Assembly: GCF_018350175.1 (NCBI RefSeq)
Contig: NC_058383.1
Location: forward strand, 17,114,001-17,178,000
DNA length: 64,000 nucleotides
Reading direction: 5' to 3'
Source: Felis catus
Taxonomy: Eukaryota
The notes below the pieces were generated by a model. It was not told the origin of the DNA. It searched no databases and saw only the letters and a list, made by a program, of their open reading frames with translations. The position numbers and the translations under genes are program-made. This document shows, one piece after another, positions 1-11,082 of this stretch (position 1 is the stretch's first letter; every line of letters begins with the position of its first letter).

Positions 1-944
1 TTATGGAAATTTTCAAACATACTCAAAAGTAGAAAGACAGACTAGATAAGTCAACCCTCTTTGTTTCCATCACTCAATTTAAATTTCTACTCTTGTTTTA
101 TTCCGCTGCTTGACAATTTCTTCTGAATAATTTAAAGCACATTCTGAATATCACATCATTGTATCCAGAAACACTTCAGTGTATGCCACTAACAGATAAG
201 GGTATTTTTTAACATAACCACAAGACTTAAGAAATCACACTCAATAAAATAACTCCTTAATACTAGCTAATATCCAGGTCATGTTCAGTCTTCACATTGT
301 CTCCAATAATGTTATTTTGCAGCTCATTTTTATTTATTTTTTACAGCTATTTTTAAAATCAATATCCAACGAAGGTTCACATATTGCATTTGGTTGACAC
401 ATCTAGTAGTACATTCAATGATAGGGTGCTCAACCCTCACACAGCCAGAATTTACCATTCCTAGTGCATTCCTTCATACATAAATCAAAATATGCTCCCA
501 TTGGGAATATTACTAGCCTAAGAGAGACATAGGAGACCAACAAACCAAATGGAAGGTATAGACCTAGTTTAGATGTTTGTTCAAATAAACCAGCTGTAAA
601 AAAGATATTTTTAAGACAATTAAGGAAATTAGACTATGGTCTAAATACAAAGGAATCATTCATTTTGTTGGATGTGATCATGATATTGGGGTCATGTAAG
701 ATGTGTGGGAGGAATGCAATGACATGTTGTCTGGGACTTGTTTTAAAATACATCAGCAAAGGGAAAAAACCCAGATGAAATAAATGTGGTCAAATGTTAA
801 TAATTGTTGAATTTGGATGATAAATTGTGGGGAGGTTTGTTGAACTACCTCTTATTTTTGTAAATGTTTAACATTTCATAATAAAATTTTCATTAAACAA
901 CCTGTTTCTCTTTGACTCCCTGTTGTCCTAGTTCTATCTTCTAG

Positions 945-1143
945 AATAGAAATTGCCAAATGACAGCTCACCATCAATTTTTATAAATAAATTTTTATTG
1001 GAAAACAGCTATGCTCATTCATATACATACTTTCATTGTCAATGGCTACTTTCATTCTACAATAGCAGAGGTGAATAGATGTGACAGACACTGTGTGACC
1101 CACAAAGCTGAAATATTTATCATCTAGTCCTTCATAGAAAAAG
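945..1143 (+). mobile_element. MER58A-like hAT DNA transposon interrupted by the ERV (end resumes ~16969-16986)
   Basis: tttataaataaatttttattggaaaacagc...gctgaaatatttatcatctagtccttcatagaaaaag resembles the MER58A consensus; the missing terminus appears as tatccaaagccctg after the 3' LTR. Confidence 0.7.
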
Positions 1144-1694
1144 TGAAATCAGTAACCAAATGGTTAACAAGACTAATATGTGCAACTACAACTTTTTACC
1201 CAAACTTGCTTGTTCTCAGAATGTGGCCTACCACCACACTTCTGTAGAAACAGTCTTGCCTAAAACCATGATAACAAAACACTTGATTTAGGTGTTTTGC
1301 AGAGACTCAGGCCTCATCAAGAAACTGGCCAGAACTGATCAGGACCACTGACTGCCTCTTTGACCATGCACAAATGCACAAGGGGTGAACTTTTGACATA
1401 GAAGGGCCTAAAACTCCACTCTTGAATCATGCTAAGAAAACCATCTTCTGGTAATACGTAACATGCATGACAGCTTATGCAAAAGCTTCTCACGGTGCAG
1501 ATAACAAAATGACTGCAATCCTCCCCTACTTATTAACTTCCTTTATCTGATTCTAAAGTCATATCACTCTTCTCCCCTATAACCAGACCTTGTTTTATTT
1601 GCCTTTAAATATCCCTGACCCTCCCTTTCCTTATGCAATGTCTCAATGATTGGCTTTACTGCACATTGAGGGTATGGACTTGGATTTGGTTACA
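1144..1694 (+). mobile_element. ERV 5' LTR
   Basis: TG...CA termini (tgaaatcag...ggttaca); aligns to 9716-9912 plus 16540-16968. Confidence 0.9.
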
Positions 1695-1698
1695 AATT

Positions 1699-1716
1699 TG
1701 GCAAACCAGCCAGGAA
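1699..1716 (+). promoter_or_regulatory. ERV primer-binding site, tRNA-Arg(ACG) type
   Basis: TGGCAAACCAGCCAGGAA right after the LTR; 15/18 match to TGGCGAGCCAGCCAGGAG, the complement of the tRNA-Arg-ACG 3' end. Confidence 0.75.
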
Positions 1717-2042
1717 CTCTGCCTATGATTTGTCTACTCTCCAGCCAGTAAAAGTAACAGGAGGTTGGTGATAAGTCCAAGCAGTGTCCTAGGCTCTTTT
1801 GTTCTAGAGACCATCCCAGGGGCACCACCCCAACTTGGCACCACTGACTTTCTATGTTTAATTTAACTCTGTGGCAAGGAAACATCTTTTGGTTTGGACA
1901 GACATCTTTTCAAGAGTATTTTGGTATCATAGCATGTGAGCTTATTTCTTATTCTCATTCAGTTGCCTCAAAATAGGTAGGGGCATTTGGTTTGGTTCTC
2001 TTAGCCTCCTTTTCTTGCTTAACTAAGAAAAGTTTCCTAGGG

Positions 2043-2444
2043 TGCTAAGTGAAATAAGTCAGTCAGAGAAAGACAATACCATATGATTTAACTCATATGT
2101 GGTACTTAAGGAACAAAACAGATGAACACAGGGGAAGGGAAGGAAAAATAAAATAAGATAAAGACAGAGGGGGAGGCAAACCATAAGAGACTCTTAAGTA
2201 ATAGAGAACAAACTGAGGGTTGCTGGAGGGGAAGTAGATGGGGGGATGGGATAAATGGGTAATGGGCATTAAGGAGAGCACTTGTTGGAATGAGCACAGG
2301 GTGTTATATGTAAGTGATGAATCACTAAATTCTACTCTTGAAACCAATATTACGCTATATGCTCTATATTAAGTAACTTGAATTTAAATAAAATCTTGGG
2401 AGAAAAAAATAAAATAAAATAAAATAAAATGAAATAAACATAAA
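2043..2444 (+). mobile_element. 5'-truncated L1 3' end in ERV leader
   Basis: gctaagtgaaataagtcagtcagagaaagac...A-rich tail; degenerate TSD aagaaaagtttcctag / aagaaaaagttgactag. Confidence 0.85.
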
Positions 2445-2663
2445 AAGAAAAAGTTGACTAGAAAACTTTTTGGTTCAGTCAGTGAAGACCCAACTTTCAG
2501 AGAGGAACTAGAGACTAGGAAGCCATTTGGTTCAGTAGGTGAAGCCCCAACTTTTAGTGAGGAACTAAATGCTTACAGTAGTACTCTCTGAGCTTCATCT
2601 GGTATGTTTGTTGCTGCAGCTTTCGGTATCTTTGCATAATACCAGCCATGTTCTAATTAGAAA

Positions 2664-4190
2664 ATGAGAAATGACGATTTGATTTCTGCATGTAGCCCTT
2701 TGGGCTATACTCTCCAAAATTGGGCAGTGTTTAGTTATGAAACTATGAAAAAATTATCTTTTTTTGAAACACTGCTTGGCCAAAATATGTTACATTCTGG
2801 GGAAAAATGACCATTCATTCATAAATTATAATACCATTTTACAGTTAGATATTTGTAAAAGGGAAGGTAAATGGGATGAAATATCTTCTGTTCAGTCTTT
2901 TATGATTTTGTATCAGAATAAGCTGGCTCAGAAAAGATGTAAAATTTTACTCCAACAGCACAGTGACACTAAAAAATCTGTGTTTCCTGAATCCAACTGG
3001 AGAAAAGAGGATAATTTATTGATTATTGAATTAAACCCCCAAAGGGGGTACCAGAGCAGCTGCCCCTCCACAGCAGCTCCATTCCAACAACTTGAACACC
3101 AAAGGGACCCTGAACCAGGTCCCCTTACCTTGGGGGAGGGGCAGAGTTTGGAAAGATTTCCCCTTCTCATACCCAGCAGGGTGTTTAATTCATCCAGGGA
3201 ATCACTGATTCCTGAGGATGGCAATATCTGCTAACACAGGTCCCAATTGGATGTTCAGACGCTGAAAGAATGATTTGGGTCCACTCTCCACTCTCTACCT
3301 CAGATTTGTTTAATTGAAAAAACAGTATGCTTACTTATAGAGATGACCCCAAGAGGATGGAAATTTTGTTTTCATCTATTTTTGCCACTCACAACCCACT
3401 TAGGTAGAGGTACAAAATCTGTTAAATACTTTCCTCACTTCTAAGGAATGCTGCATGTGGCCAGGAAAAGGCTAGAGAAAAAGCTAATCAGCTACATGCT
3501 GAAGCCCCAGTAACCCTTTAAGAGCTGATTCCATGATGGCCATTGCTACTGTGGATCCCAACTGGAGTGTCAACGTTGGAGACTGCAGTTAGCTTGAACA
3601 CTATCAGGATTGCATTTTAGCTGGATTAAGAAAAGGAGTCCCTAAGCAAAGGAGTGTAAATAAGAGTCAAGAAGTTAAAACTGAATGAGAACCCTTCAGA
3701 ATTTCCTGAAAGAATTTTTGAGACACATCAGAAATAAACTGATACTGATCCTGAGGCACCAGAAATTTTTAAGATGATCAATATGATGTTTATCAAACAA
3801 AACATATCTGGAAATTCAAAAAAAAAAAAAAAACTCCAAAAGCTGCATTGGTAATGCCCTTCACAATTGTTTGAAACTGTCTTTGAAGTTTTTAACAGTA
3901 TCAACAGAGACCAAGCACAAGAAATAAAAGAGCACCAGAAAATGAAACAGCATGTTGCCTTGTTAACTGCGCCTTAACTCAAGGAAATCCAAGACCAAGC
4001 CAGGGACCCCTAGAGGGTGAGATCGACAACAGATAAGAAATTCAGGTGCCCCAATTTGGGTCTTGTCAATATGCCTATTGTAAAGAAGAGGGCCATTGGA
4101 AAAGAGAATACCCTAGGCTCATGAGTTCTCTTAAGGAGACAGAGTCCCAAAATGCCCACCAGATACCTTAACTGGTTGATAGTGACTAAG
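2664..4190 (+). pseudogene. gag: ERV gag remnant
   Basis: SPLGYTLQNW, LQLDICKREGKWDEISSVQSF, MHR-like segment ~3680, degenerate CCHC knuckle ~4068-4113, ends DSD*. Confidence 0.8.
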
Positions 4191-4812
4191 AATGAAGGGG
4201 ACCAGGGGTTCCTTTAAATCTTGTAAAGCCTATCATCATATACCACAAGGAACCCCAAATAACAATGGCAATGGGAAATAGACTCATGGACTTTTTACTG
4301 ATGTGAGGGCCACATATTCAGTACTCTGGGTTCTCTCTGCTATAGCTGTACCAAGAGTTTTGGGAGAAGTATTGACTAAAACCTTCCCACAACCACTAAA
4401 CTGCCAAATGGGACAAATTCACCTTAAACGCAGATTTCTGAATATGCCCGAATGTCCCATCCCTTTACTGGGCTTTGATCTATTAACTAAACTGAATGCT
4501 AAAGTTAATTTTGCTATTGGATCCATAGATATAAAGGTATCACCAGAACAAGCTTCATCAAGGTAGAGAAGTTCTATTAGAGCTGCCTGAAGAAGTCATC
4601 TGAAAAGTAAGATCAGATGTTTGGATGGATAGGAAGCCAGGACAAGCAAAAGCAGGGACACTTGTACATATTAAGTTTTGTGATGGGAATTCCAAAATTC
4701 AGATAGTATCCATTAAAGAAACAAACTAAAAGGGGAATTCAGCCTGTTCTCTCTGCCTTCTTAGAATTTGGCCTTCTCCACTTTTGCCAGTCCACATACA
4801 ATGCACCTATTT

Positions 4813-5026
4813 TTTATGTTTATTTATTCATTTTGAGAGAGAGAGAGCATGCAAGCACATGTGAGTGTGGAGGAGTGGCATAGAGAGAGGAAGAGAGAAA
4901 ATCCCAAGCAGGCTCCACACTCAGTGCAGAGCTCAACACAGGGCTCTATCCCATGATCAATAAGATCATGACCTTAGATGAAATCAAGAGTTGGATGCTC
5001 AACCAACTGAGCCACCCAGGCACCCC
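4813..5026 (-). mobile_element. CAN-SINE in ERV pol
   Basis: tRNA-derived head (..gccacccaggcacccc), (CT)n, TSD tacaatRcacctattt. Confidence 0.88.
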
Positions 5027-5126
5027 TACAATACACCTATTTTGCCGGTACAAATTTAAGAGCCATTAACCACACAGTTGCATGGATTCCTAGGCATCAC
5101 TGGATTTTTCCACATTTGGATTCCTG

Positions 5127-5270
5127 ATTTTTTAAATATAATTTATTGTCAAATTGGCTTCCATACAACACCCAGTGCTCATCCCAACAAGTGCTCCCCT
5201 CCATGCCCATCACCCACTTTCCCCTTTCTCCCACCACCATCTACCCTTAGTTTTTTCTCAGTCCTTAAGA
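5127..5270 (-). mobile_element. L1 3'-end fragment in ERV pol
   Basis: aatttattgtcaaattggcttccatacaacacccagtgctc is the reverse complement of the felid L1 terminus. Confidence 0.85.
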
Positions 5271-8137
5271 TTCATCACTAAACTTCTCTATGAAATTCTT
5301 AAAGGAAGAAATAATGAACTTCTTTATTGGACTGGAGAATGTCATTAGGCATTCCAAGTTGTTAAAGAAAAGCTACTCACAGCTCCTGCTTTGAGCCTTC
5401 CATATATCAGGAAGCCTTTTGATTTGTCTGTCCATGAGAGTCAGGGGATCAGTCTTGGGAGTGCTAACTCAGAATTTGGGCAACATAAAAAGATCTGTTG
5501 CTATTTTTTCTAAATAATTAGATCTAACAACTAAGGGATGGCCAATGTGTGTGAGAGCAATAACAGCCACTTGTAATCTATTACAAGTAGAAAAATTTGC
5601 TTTGGGGCATCCTACCACACTGCATACTCTACATTTATGTACTCTTCCTACTGGAACAAAAGGGTGGCTACTGGCTCACCTCTAGAAGATTAGGCAAATA
5701 TCAGGTTGTCCTATTGTACAACCCCAATGTTACTTAGAAAGCGGTCTCCACCTTGAATCCAGCCACATTGCTCTCCAACAACACTGAGGGATCCATACAT
5801 GACTGTATACAGATAATTAACAAGTTTATTCCAGCCATCCTGATTTTATGAATCTGACACTGGAAAATCCAGACTTTGAGATGTTTGTGGACTGGAGCAG
5901 TATATTATGGATCACGGACAATAAAGAGCTGGATATGCAGTGATGACCCATCAGTGGAAGCTCTCTCACCAGGTACCTCTACTCAGAAAGCTGAAGCCAT
6001 AGCTCTCATAAGAGCCCTCCATTTAGGTATGACAAGACAGTGACTATTTTTACTTACTCTAAATACACCTTTTTACCAGTCCATGCATATGCAGAGCCAT
6101 TTGGAAGGAAAGAGGTTTGTTAAATTCAGGAAATAGGGAAATTGAACATGACAAAGAGACTTTAGAAGTACTAGAAGCTGTTTTGGAACTCAAGGAGGTA
6201 GCTATTGTCCCCTGCTGAGGACACCAGAAATTGGACTGTTTTCTTGCCAAAGGTAACAATCAGGCATGATCATACAAAGACTTCAAAACCCTCTATAACA
6301 GCTTTAGTACCAGACATAGACTTAACTAAATATCAGCTCTAACCTTCCTCTGAAGACCTAAGAAGAGCTAAGAAATGGATATTTGGACATATTTCTGGCA
6401 TTGAAACTGGCTGAAAATATAATAAATAAGGAATAAACCTTAACCTAGAATATCTTATGGAAGAGATAATTAGTGATATTCACAAAGCACCTGTTATGGA
6501 CATAATGCTGCTCTTTAATGGATCCAATCATATATTATGGATCCCAATATTCAGAAAACTGTTCAAAAATAGAGGAAAAATGTGACATTTGTGCTAAAAA
6601 CATCCTAAGACTGAACGCCCACAAGTCCTAAAAGATAATAGAACTTAGAGACACCAAACCTGGAGAAAATTGGTAGGAAGATTTTACCATGATGCCGAAA
6701 ACAACAGGTAACTTTCAATATTTGCTAGAATTTACAGACACCTCTACAAGTTGGGTTGAGTTTTTTTCATGCCATTCAGAGAAGTTTTCAGAAGTTTTCA
6801 AAACACTTTAAAACCAACCCTAGGTTTGGATTGCCACTAACAATTCAGGGAGACAATGAAGCAGCATTTGTGGCTAAGGTCACACAAGCAGTATCTAATG
6901 CCTTGGGCACTTGATGGAGACTACATACTTCCTAGAGACACCAATATTCTGGGAAAACAGGAAAAAAAATGAACCATATGCTTAAAAACTTTGGTAAAAA
7001 TCTGCCAAGAAACCAACTTAACTGGGAAAAAAGTTCTTGTCAGTTGCCCTGCTTCAGTAAGAGTGGCTCCTAGAAGTAGGCTTGGCTTAATCCCCTATGA
7101 AATGTTTTATGAAAGACACTTTCTGTATTCTTTTCATGACTTAGGAGTTCCAGGTGGGGCTCATGTTAGGGATTTGGATACTATCGGGTACATTCAATCT
7201 TTGGGAAATATTCTAAGTGCTATACATACATTTGCTTCTATCAGGTTGATGCATTTCACAGATATATTCTTACACCGCTTGCATCTTGGAGACTTGGTGT
7301 TATTAAACACCTTGAATAAGAAGCACCTGGAGGATCAACTCCAACCTCAGTTGACAGGACCTTATGAGGTGCTGTTGACCACCATTCTTCAGTGAAACTG
7401 AAGGGAATTAAGCCATAGATTTACCACACTCAAGCTGGTTCCACAAGAATCCATTGGTTCCCTATGTCCTGTCAACAAGAACATAGGGAAAAACTCTGCT
7501 TGGACCAGAAAGCCTGAAATGGACCTGAAACTGCTACTCGGGAGAACTGGTCTAAAGAAACCAATAGATAAGTAACAAATAACTTATGACCTATTAATAG
7601 TTTATACACTATGAATGTTATTCCATTTTCTATTTGCATTTTCCTATTACATTTCCTATTTATATTTCCTATTTACATTTCCTAAGTAATTTCCTATTAC
7701 AATCTCTCAAGTTTGGAAAGATAATTCCATGATTAGGATTTCTCAAATGTCATATACCTATTGGATATGTCACCCTAAACCACACTCAGTGTACAACCAC
7801 AATGACCCAATAGTAATGCCTGTAACCAACTTTTCTCTGATCCCTAATTTTTCAATACATCTAAATCAATGCACTCCATTAGCTTACAGAATCAGGTTAA
7901 TCAACTTGGCCTCCCTCATTTTTCTTATCCTTTATTTTTCTCCCAACTATCCCAAAATATGGGCCTCTCACATTCAATGATTGGAATACACCCTAGAAGC
8001 TTGTATTTCTCCTTTTGTTTACAATATAATCATAACAGTTAATAATTTCGCCTCTTGTTAAATTAATTGACCCTTTTTCCTTTCATCACCTTTTAGAGAT
8101 TTTTGAGAAATATACTGTTTTAAAAGTTACTCATCTT

Positions 8138-8371
8138 GGGGCGCCTGGGTGGCGCAGTCGGTTGAGCGTCCGACTTCAGCCAGGTCAGGATCTCACGGTC
8201 CGTGGGTTCGAGCCCCGCGTCGGGCTCTGGGCTGATGGCTCAGAGCCTGGAGCCTGTTTCCGATTCTGTGTCTCCCTCTCTCTCTGCCCCTCCCCCGTTC
8301 ATGCTCTGTCTCGCTCTGTCCCAAAAATAAATAAAAAAACGTTGAAAAAAAAATTTTAAAAATAAAAATAA
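8138..8371 (+). mobile_element. Young felid CAN-SINE (SINEC_Fc-like) in ERV env
   Basis: ggggcgcctgggtggcgcagtcggttgagcgtccgacttcagccaggtc... with CpGs retained; TSD aaaagttactcatctt. Confidence 0.93.
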
Positions 8372-8388
8372 AAAAGTTACTCATCTTG

Positions 8389-8559
8389 AGCACTGAGTGC
8401 TGTGTGTAAATGATGAACCACTGGAATTTACCCCCAAAACCAAGAGCACACTGTACACACTGTATGTTAGCCAATTTGACGATAAATTATTTAAAAAACA
8501 ATAATAAAATAAAATGAGTACTTAAAACAAAAATAAATAAACTTTTAAAAATTGAAAAA
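8389..8559 (+). mobile_element. Short L1 3'-end insertion in ERV env
   Basis: gagcactgagtgctgtgtgtaaatgatgaacc...ccaatttgacgataaatt plus A-rich tail; flanked by aaaagttactcatcttg. Confidence 0.8.
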
Positions 8560-9912
8560 AAAAGTTACTCATCTTGTCCTGCTCCTCTCTGTACAATACT
8601 GAAAACTAAAAGAACTTGACAACATAGGACCCCCACACCCTTCTGTGTTACTCTCTTACCAATTACACCAAACTTAACTATACTTCTTCTTGGTTTCAAA
8701 TAATACAATGATTCTGCAAAATGAAAGTATTGACCCCAATAAACTAAGAGGAGTGCTATGTGAACCCCAGGTTACATTTTTGTTTGTGGATATCAACACT
8801 TCCCTTGGCAACATGAATGTTTATTTGGCTAGCACATGGGAGGTACTTGTCTCCTAGGACATTTAGTCACCCCTTTTTTCATATATAATTCTAATAAAAG
8901 CAGACATTTGACCAGTCCTCTCAACTGTTCTACAGGTTAAAGAGAGAAATCACAAAATATTCTGATTATTTTCCCAGAAGTCAGGAAGATGGAATTTGGT
9001 ACATGTTTGGGAGACCATTATTGCCAAAGTGTTGAATGACATCACATGAACATATGATAAGAAATTGTTCAGTAACTTTAGGAATCATTAAATAAAATAA
9101 AACTTCCCAAGCCATACCAGCCCAACAAAAGGTCTTGGGCAGGAATAGTTTTATATAATATAATTTAATATAATATAATTTATAAAATATATAATTTATA
9201 TAATATAATATATAATAGTTTTATATAACATAATTTAGATTATATTTTAGCAGAGCAAGGAGGTGTTTGTGTAAAAGCTAATTCATCATGCAGCATATAT
9301 ATTAGCACTTCCTCAGAAATTGAAGCTTGTATTTACAAAATAAGACAACAAGCTACTTGGTTACAAGTCTCCCCTAATGTCCCAGACTCAGATTTGGACT
9401 CGTTTTCCAGGTTATTTTCTTGGATCCTCCAAGAAATTAGATCAATTTTCCTAGGATTATTCATATTCCTACTTCTCCTTTGCTATTTAATCATAAAATG
9501 TGGTATAAAATGTACAAAAACTATTAACCAAAGTACAAAAATTTTGGTAATGCAGAATGTTAGCTTACAACATGGAACAAAGGATATTTCCAAATAAGTG
9601 CAAAAAGTTTCCATTCCTCTAACCCTGATCTACACACTATTTCAGCAGGAAATAGCTAGAGTAGTCATCATCCCAGTTCCCTCAAGAATGAGAAATAATC
9701 AAAAGACAGTGGGCATGGAAACCAGTAACCAAAGAGTTAACAGGACTAATAAGTGCAACTGCAACTTTTTACCCAAATCTGCTTGTTCTCAGAGTGCAGC
9801 CTGCCACCATGTCTCTGTAGATAACAGTCTTGCCTGATGCCATGATAACAGAAGGTTGATTTAGTTGTCCTGCAGAGACTCAAGCCTTCACTAAGAAACT
9901 GACCAGAACCAG

Positions 9913-11043
9913 GGAATACAACATGGCAGAGAGGTAGGGGGACCCAAAGCTTCCTAGTCCCTCAAACACAGCAGTGTTGAGGCCAAAGGACTTTGAATTC
10001 CAAGAGTCCAGGCCACAGAGTGACAGAGACATCTCCAGGGGCCCACAAGGACAACCTTGCCCATAGGTGTATGATTGTGAACTAGGAGAGATAAAATGGG
10101 TGGCATAGGCATGAAGGGGAGGGATCCCCTTCTGTGGAGAGACAAAAAAGGAGAGAAGGGCTGTGGAAGTGTAAGACTATATTTGGACAAGAGAGAAACC
10201 ACAGACCTGAGATCAGAAAAAAAAAAAAAAAAGAAATATCCAATTTCTAACTTCAAGGCTTTCTCTGGACTGGAGTCAGCTGCCCTATTCTCACACCTGG
10301 AAAGGAGGGGAGCCAACCCAGGGCTCAGTAACTAGTTCAGAGACACAGTCCACAGTGGGAGAAAGCAATCCCCTCCCTCATGTGCTGTGGGAAGAATGTA
10401 TACAGCCATTCAAAGGAAAAAGGACCCTGCCTGTGCCCACCAGCCAGAAACCATTTATCGGTGGGGTGGAGCAGCACTTCTCCCAGAACTGAGGTGCACA
10501 GAGTGGGACCCTTTAAGACATCAGGGTTTGAATCCCAGCTGAGCATTAGGGAGACATAGGAGTCGAGTCAGTGGAGCAAAGAAAAAAAATAGGCCTGCTT
10601 ATGCCCACACAGTGCTGCGAGGACTACCTGAACAGAGTGGTTTGGGACACCTGGTCTGGGGAGGAGAGACTGGGGTGTCACCATTTTTCTCCCCATCACC
10701 AACAAGGTGGGGCTTCAGAGAAGGGACAACAGGCCCACAGTGGAGGCGGGACTCACCTACACCAAACCATACCCTTCAACACCAGGTGACTACATATCTA
10801 CCAGAGATCGACACTGACCAACCAGACACCCCCTCCTCCAGATGAGCGCTGCCACCGGTTCCAAGGCACCCAGAGGTTTTGCCTTTCCAAATTTAATTCT
10901 TGGACAATTCTTAGTTTATATATTTTTTCTTCCTTTTCTCCTTATTTCTTCCCTTCCCTAGTCTGGGTATTCAGGTTGTTGGTTTGTTTAAGCAGACATA
11001 TTTAATCTATTTTCTTTATACCTGTTCTATATCTCCCTCTTTA

Positions 11044-11082
<39 letters not shown>

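Larger units (their letters stand above)
4191..7560 (+). pseudogene. pol: ERV pro-pol remnant with deleted RT core
   Basis: Protease (ATYSVL, PECPIPLLGFDLLTKL), RT start (YNTPILPV), RT thumb (GFLGITGF), RNase H and integrase motifs; interrupted by a SINE and an L1 fragment. Confidence 0.85.
7610..9600 (+). pseudogene. env: ERV env remnant
   Basis: WICHPKP (CWIC-like), immunosuppressive domain LDYILAEQGGVCVKANSSCSIYI at ~9235-9303, hydrophobic anchor IFLGLFIFLLLLCYLII. Confidence 0.8.

Noticed and set aside
8162..8359. Recurrent short ORFs such as SVRLQPG...FEPRVGLWADGSEPGACF (also 12910-13164) and [17 protein letters not shown]
   Set aside because: These are translations of CAN-SINE copies, not a gene family; the SINE heads are tRNA-derived but are not tRNA genes.
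7610..9600. Domesticated env (syncytin-like) gene
   Set aside because: The env is broken by stops, frameshifts, a SINE plus L1 insertion and an AT expansion; the longest env-derived pieces are under 90 aa.
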